Assembly: GCF_036321535.1 (NCBI RefSeq)
Contig: NC_087437.1
Span: 52,702,001-52,766,000, forward strand
Direction of reading: 5' to 3'
DNA length: 64,000 bases
Origin: Camelus dromedarius
Taxonomy: Eukaryota
Below the pieces are notes generated by a model. That model was not told the DNA's origin and did no database searches. It saw nothing but the letters and a program-made list of their open reading frames with translations. Positions 59,300-64,000 of the stretch are shown one piece after another (position 1 is the stretch's first letter; every line of letters begins with the position of its first letter). A program made the translations under genes and the position numbers.

Positions 59300-60115
59300 C
59301 TGAATAGTCAAAGAACTCCAAAAAATCAATCAGAAAACCTTAATACAGCACTGCTTAAAAATGAATGAAACAGACACTCTCAAAAGAAGATATCCAAATG
59401 GCCAGTCAGCATTAGGGAAATACAGATTAAAACCATAATTGTCTACCACCATACACCTATCATAATACCAAATGTTGGTGAAAATACAGACAATGGGAAC
59501 TCTTATACATTGCTAGTGGGAATTTACATTGATTCAACTACTTTTTGAAACCCTTTGCAAGATCTATTAAGCTAAAAATATGAATATCTTATAATCTACT
59601 TATAATATCTTATAATTCTACTCCTTGTTATAAACTTAAGTGAAATAAGTGCAAAGATCCACCAAAAGATATATTTATTTTCAAGAATGTTCATAGCATT
59701 CTCATTCATGATAGCTTCAAACTGGTAACAGCCCACATTGTCATCAAAAGGTGAATGGGCAAATAGATTATAATGTATACATAAAATGGAATGCTACACA
59801 GCAAAGAAAAAGAATGAAGTACTGTACATGAAGCTATATAGCTGAATCTCACCAATAAATTGAGTGAAAGAAGTCAGATCAAGAGTACAAAAACAGAAAA
59901 CTGATGATGAGAGTCAGAGTAGTGGTAACTTCTGTGTTGACTGGAAAGCATGGGGGAGCCTTCTGGAGTTATGTAAATGTTCTACACTGATCTGAGTAGG
60001 AGTCACATGAGTGTATACATGGGCACAAATTCATTGAAGTGTACACCCTGATGATACATATACTTTATGTACACTACTGTATGCAGTCTTTTATATCCCA
60101 ATTTAAAAATTTTTA
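59300..60115 (+). mobile_element. L1M 3' region
   Basis: aaaagaagatatccaaatggcc...gggaactcttatacattgctagtgggaat...aagaatgttcatagc. Confidence 0.8.
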
Positions 60116-62769
60116 AAGGAATCTTTATCAGTAAAACATTCTAGGCAGAAAATACTATTGAAACTACTATCCTATACTAAGTTGGGCTATGGCAATGGGA
60201 GGAAGATGGAACTGATGAAGTCCATCATGATTTTGTATTAGGAAGATGTGTGGGATTGGAGTAGGTAGAGTGAGTGAACTTTCAGGTTCTGGCAAGTGCT
60301 GTAATTATTGTTTTTTAGAGGGTGTTGTGTTGAATATGTACAACAGATGCCCCTATGTCCGCAATCAGGGTTTGGATGGTCTAAAGCATCTACTTGAGTA
60401 GTGCCATTGCAGAATCCAACATAAGGGTGACCTTACCTGAGAAGACCATAACCAGCTGTTCCTGTGGAACAGGCTACCACTGCGTTTGGCACCTTAGGAG
60501 CAGGCACCAAGCAGCTCTGGATTTTAGCAGGTGCACTTCCATCTAGATGTCTGTTGGCTGCACTTCCTTGGTTGTCCTAAAAGGCCACCGTAGAAGAAGG
60601 ATGGCTATAAAGTTCCTGAGCAGGAGGATTCTTGAGATAGGATATCTTTTGCTTCCCATCACTCTTAACATACATAGATCCTCTCTGAGAATGGCAGTAC
60701 TAATGATATTAGCTGACTGATATCTGGAGGGTGTGGAAGCAAACTTGTTAAAAAAGAGGGTCCACTTAGGCTGCCAAGCTGAAACCTCCAGGTTTATCCC
60801 ATCTACTGTAGGCAACAATATCTACCCTCCAGACCAGATGCAATACTGGGCTCCCTGATATTCCTTCTACACCTGTGTGGCTGCCTTGGTATCAAGTTCT
60901 CTTAGGGGTAAGTTGACTTCAGCTAAATCTGAGAAGAAGCACATGAGTGAGGTGCCCAGGCTGGGACCCTTTTATTCAGGATAAACATCAGTGTGGAGAG
61001 TATCATTTTCTCTCAGGGAAACTTATTTGGGCTTCCATGGGCAAAGATCCAGATGGAAGTAAATTGATTTTGTTTGTTTGTTTCAATTCCTAAAACACTG
61101 TAACGAATGTTAGATAGATGTCTTTCCTCTTGGAAGTTGGTTATAGGTAGTCAGGACAGTAAAATGTTGGTAAAACTACAGTCGGTTGCAGAAACCTTGG
61201 GCATACTCTATTTATGACTTTATATCCTGCATTTTTCACTTAACATTATATTATAAACATTTCCAACATTCTTCAAAAAAATTCCTTTTGAATGGCTGCA
61301 TAATCACCCATCATGAATGTGCTAGGATTTGCTTAACTCATTTCTCTGTTATTGAGTATTTCCATTGTTTCCAACTTTTGCTATTATAAATGATTCTGTA
61401 ATGAAAACCTCTGACTTGGAAAAGGCAAATCAGTTTGTTCTGGGGATTAATTCCCAAGACTGAAATGATCACATAAAGGGTGTGAGCATTTTAAATGTCT
61501 TGATATTGATTGCTTATCAAAAAAAGTTTGTGCCAGTTTATCTTCTGGGACATATCTTAAATTGTGTCTTGGGCATTGGTGTAGTTATGTGTGCTCCTAT
61601 TGGGACAAAAGCCTTGGGCTGGAGTCCGTTGGGCATGACTGAGCCATTGACCTGTGCGTTGTTCTTACTAGCACCTGCCTAGAGGTCTGACCCTGTTCTG
61701 CACACCTCTAACTACTGTCTCAAGTTTGGTTCCAACCCTGTAAACTTCCCATAACCATGGTGCTGCTAGCCCCTACTCTAAGCATCAATCCTCATTGCTA
61801 AGATTCCTGCTTCTACATCCTATAGGTCTCTTGTATTTGATGGACCTGCAATTCCAGTTTGCCCACCCTCCTGGATATAGTGGTTTGTACAGATGACTAA
61901 TCATGCACAAGACAGGCTCTCCCTCAGGTAAGCCTCTCCCTGCTAAAGCCCTGCTTATTTCTAGCTCATTTTAAAGAACAAACGTTATGGTATCAGGTAG
62001 ATCTCCGTTCAGATATTTACTTTTCTAAGTCCTAGATATGTCCTTGAATCTCAGTTTCCTCATCTGTAAACAGGGGTAATAAGATGTAGTGATCTTTATT
62101 AGTTTGTATTTTTTTTGCCATAACAAATATATACAAGTACAATTATAGGAAATGTTTTAGAAATTATGTTCAATGTTTTAGAAACCATAACTTTGCCTTA
62201 AATGAGGCTACAATGACCAACTAAAAAAGTTGTATCATCTTGTTTTTTGCCTGTAACAATATCAACTTAATTGGAATCATCCTGCTATATTAAAAAAATA
62301 CCTGATTGGCAGTTATGTATCTCTGATTTAAAAATTGAAAAACAAGTTACTTAATATATCTTATTAAGTATTTGATAGGGTAAGAAAAATGTTTACAGTA
62401 TGAGTTCCATAATGGAAAAACAATGAAAATTTAAAGCTGCTTTTGCTCTGTGTAAATCCAATCTTCCTCCAAGGCCTGGGATAAACCCTACCTTACCCAT
62501 GAGATATTCTTAACTAACGTCCTTTTTAATCATGTCTTGCATTATTTTCTTGTGCATTTTGTACATTTACATTTTGTGTCCATAAGAAGATAATAAGCCA
62601 CTTATATTTATCCCCCAAAACCTAGGGACAGACCCAAAGTAGGTGCTCAGTTAGTGAGCAGTGACCATAGATAGCATAGTGCACAAACGAGCCCTCAATA
62701 CTCAATGTGCATGATGTTGGTGAGTTTATGTTTGTAAAAAAGGAATAGAACATTTAAAGAGAATAGACA

Positions 62770-64000
62770 TTCTACATATATTTAGCTTTCCAGTCCATGA
62801 ACATACTATGTTGCTCTATTTAGTTTTTCTTTGATTTTTTTATTAGCATTTTATAATAATAATTATTCATTTTTATTTAATCCCATTATAGTAAAAAAAA
62901 TCTTGTTATGATTTCAGTTCTTTTATGATAGTTGGTGGTGTCTGTAAGTTGTATATTCTTGCTGGTTTTCTATCTACTTGTTCTCTAGGTTACTGAGAGA
63001 GAAATACTGAAGGCTCCAACTATAATTGTGGATTTGCCCACAACTTTCAATTCTGTCAGTTTCAGCTTCTTTCATTTTGAAGCTCTGTTGTTAAGTCCAT
63101 ACACCTTTAAGACTATTTTGTCTTCTTAATGAATTGACCCTTTTATCCTTACGTAAAATCTCTCCTTATTCCTGGTTAAGTTTTCTTGCTTTGAAATCTA
63201 TTTTGTTTTATTAGTAAAGCTACTCCAGTTTTCTTTTGATTATGTTTGCCTGGCACACCTTTTTCTATCATTTTACTTTTTACCTGTTCATTATTATTTT
63301 ACTTTAAGTTTCTTGTACACAGCATATAGCTAGTTGGGTCTTGTTATTTTATTCAATCTGACAATTCTGTCTTTTAATGAATGTGCTTAGACTATTTACA
63401 TATTGTATAATTATTAATATATTTGAATTTAGGTCTACCATTTTACTACTAATTTTCTGTTTGTGGCCTCTTTTGCTCTGTTTCCTCTTTCCTACCTTTT
63501 CTTTTTGGATTATTATTTTTTTTAAATGATTTTTGGCCACATCGCTTCATATGGTCTTTTTTAGTAGTTGCTCTAGGGATTACAATATACACACTTAACT
63601 TTTCACAATATTTTTAGAATTAATATTAACTATTTCAAGCCGAATGGAGAAACCTCACCACCACGTAAGTCTCTACCTTTCCCACTTTACAATGTAGTTG
63701 TCATAGGTAATACATTTACATATGATGAAAACCACACTCAACAATATTACAATTTTTGCTTCCAACTATCATACATGATTTAACAAAGTTAAGGGGAGAA
63801 AACAGTCTACTGTATTACCCAGACTTGCCATTTCTATAATTTTTTCTCCATTCCTGAAATTTCACATTTCCATCTAGAATCATCTCCTTTATACTTGAAG
63901 AATTTACTTTAGCATTTCTTTTAGAGAAGGTCTGATGGCAACACATTTTCTTATTTTTCTTTCACTAGTAATTTCACCTTTATTCCTGAAGGTATTTTCA
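62770..64000 (-). mobile_element. Old L1, ORF1 end to ORF2 endonuclease start
   Basis: Minus-strand translation SKMVDLNSNILIIIQYVNSLSTFIKRQ resembles the L1 ORF2 N-terminus (ITILTLNVNGLN.PIKR). T-rich strand bias. Confidence 0.8.

Noticed and set aside
17300..64000. A second protein-coding gene upstream of IGF2BP2
   Set aside because: No exon-like ORFs with recognisable homology and no second CpG island. The short ORFs mostly map to repeats.

Overview
Mammalian genomic DNA, very probably from a camelid (two Vic-1-type tRNA-derived SINEs; no Alu, Bov-tA, PRE-1 or Can-SINE seen). The window holds the 5' end of IGF2BP2 (IMP2) on the minus strand. This comprises a ~3 kb CpG island/promoter, coding exon 1 (15774-15597), exon 2 (14035-13975) and the first 14 kb of the large intron 2. 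About 2.1 kb into intron 2 is a 50-nt coding segment (MFSCTGLYHGGDSQKAG, 11889-11840) that is missing from the ORF track. It resembles the alternative RRM1-less first exon I recall from human IGF2BP2, and it also sits behind a strong acceptor-like tract, so it could act as a poison cassette exon. Intron 1 carries a perfect NF-kB site next to an AT-rich tract. The ~46 kb upstream is intergenic and packed with old L1, L2, MIR, MaLR/ERVL LTR and DNA-transposon relics. I see no evidence of a wholly new biological system. The best leads are isoform and translation-control features at the IGF2BP2 5' end. Repeat family names and boundaries are by eye and approximate, and comparisons with human sequence are from memory and need checking.
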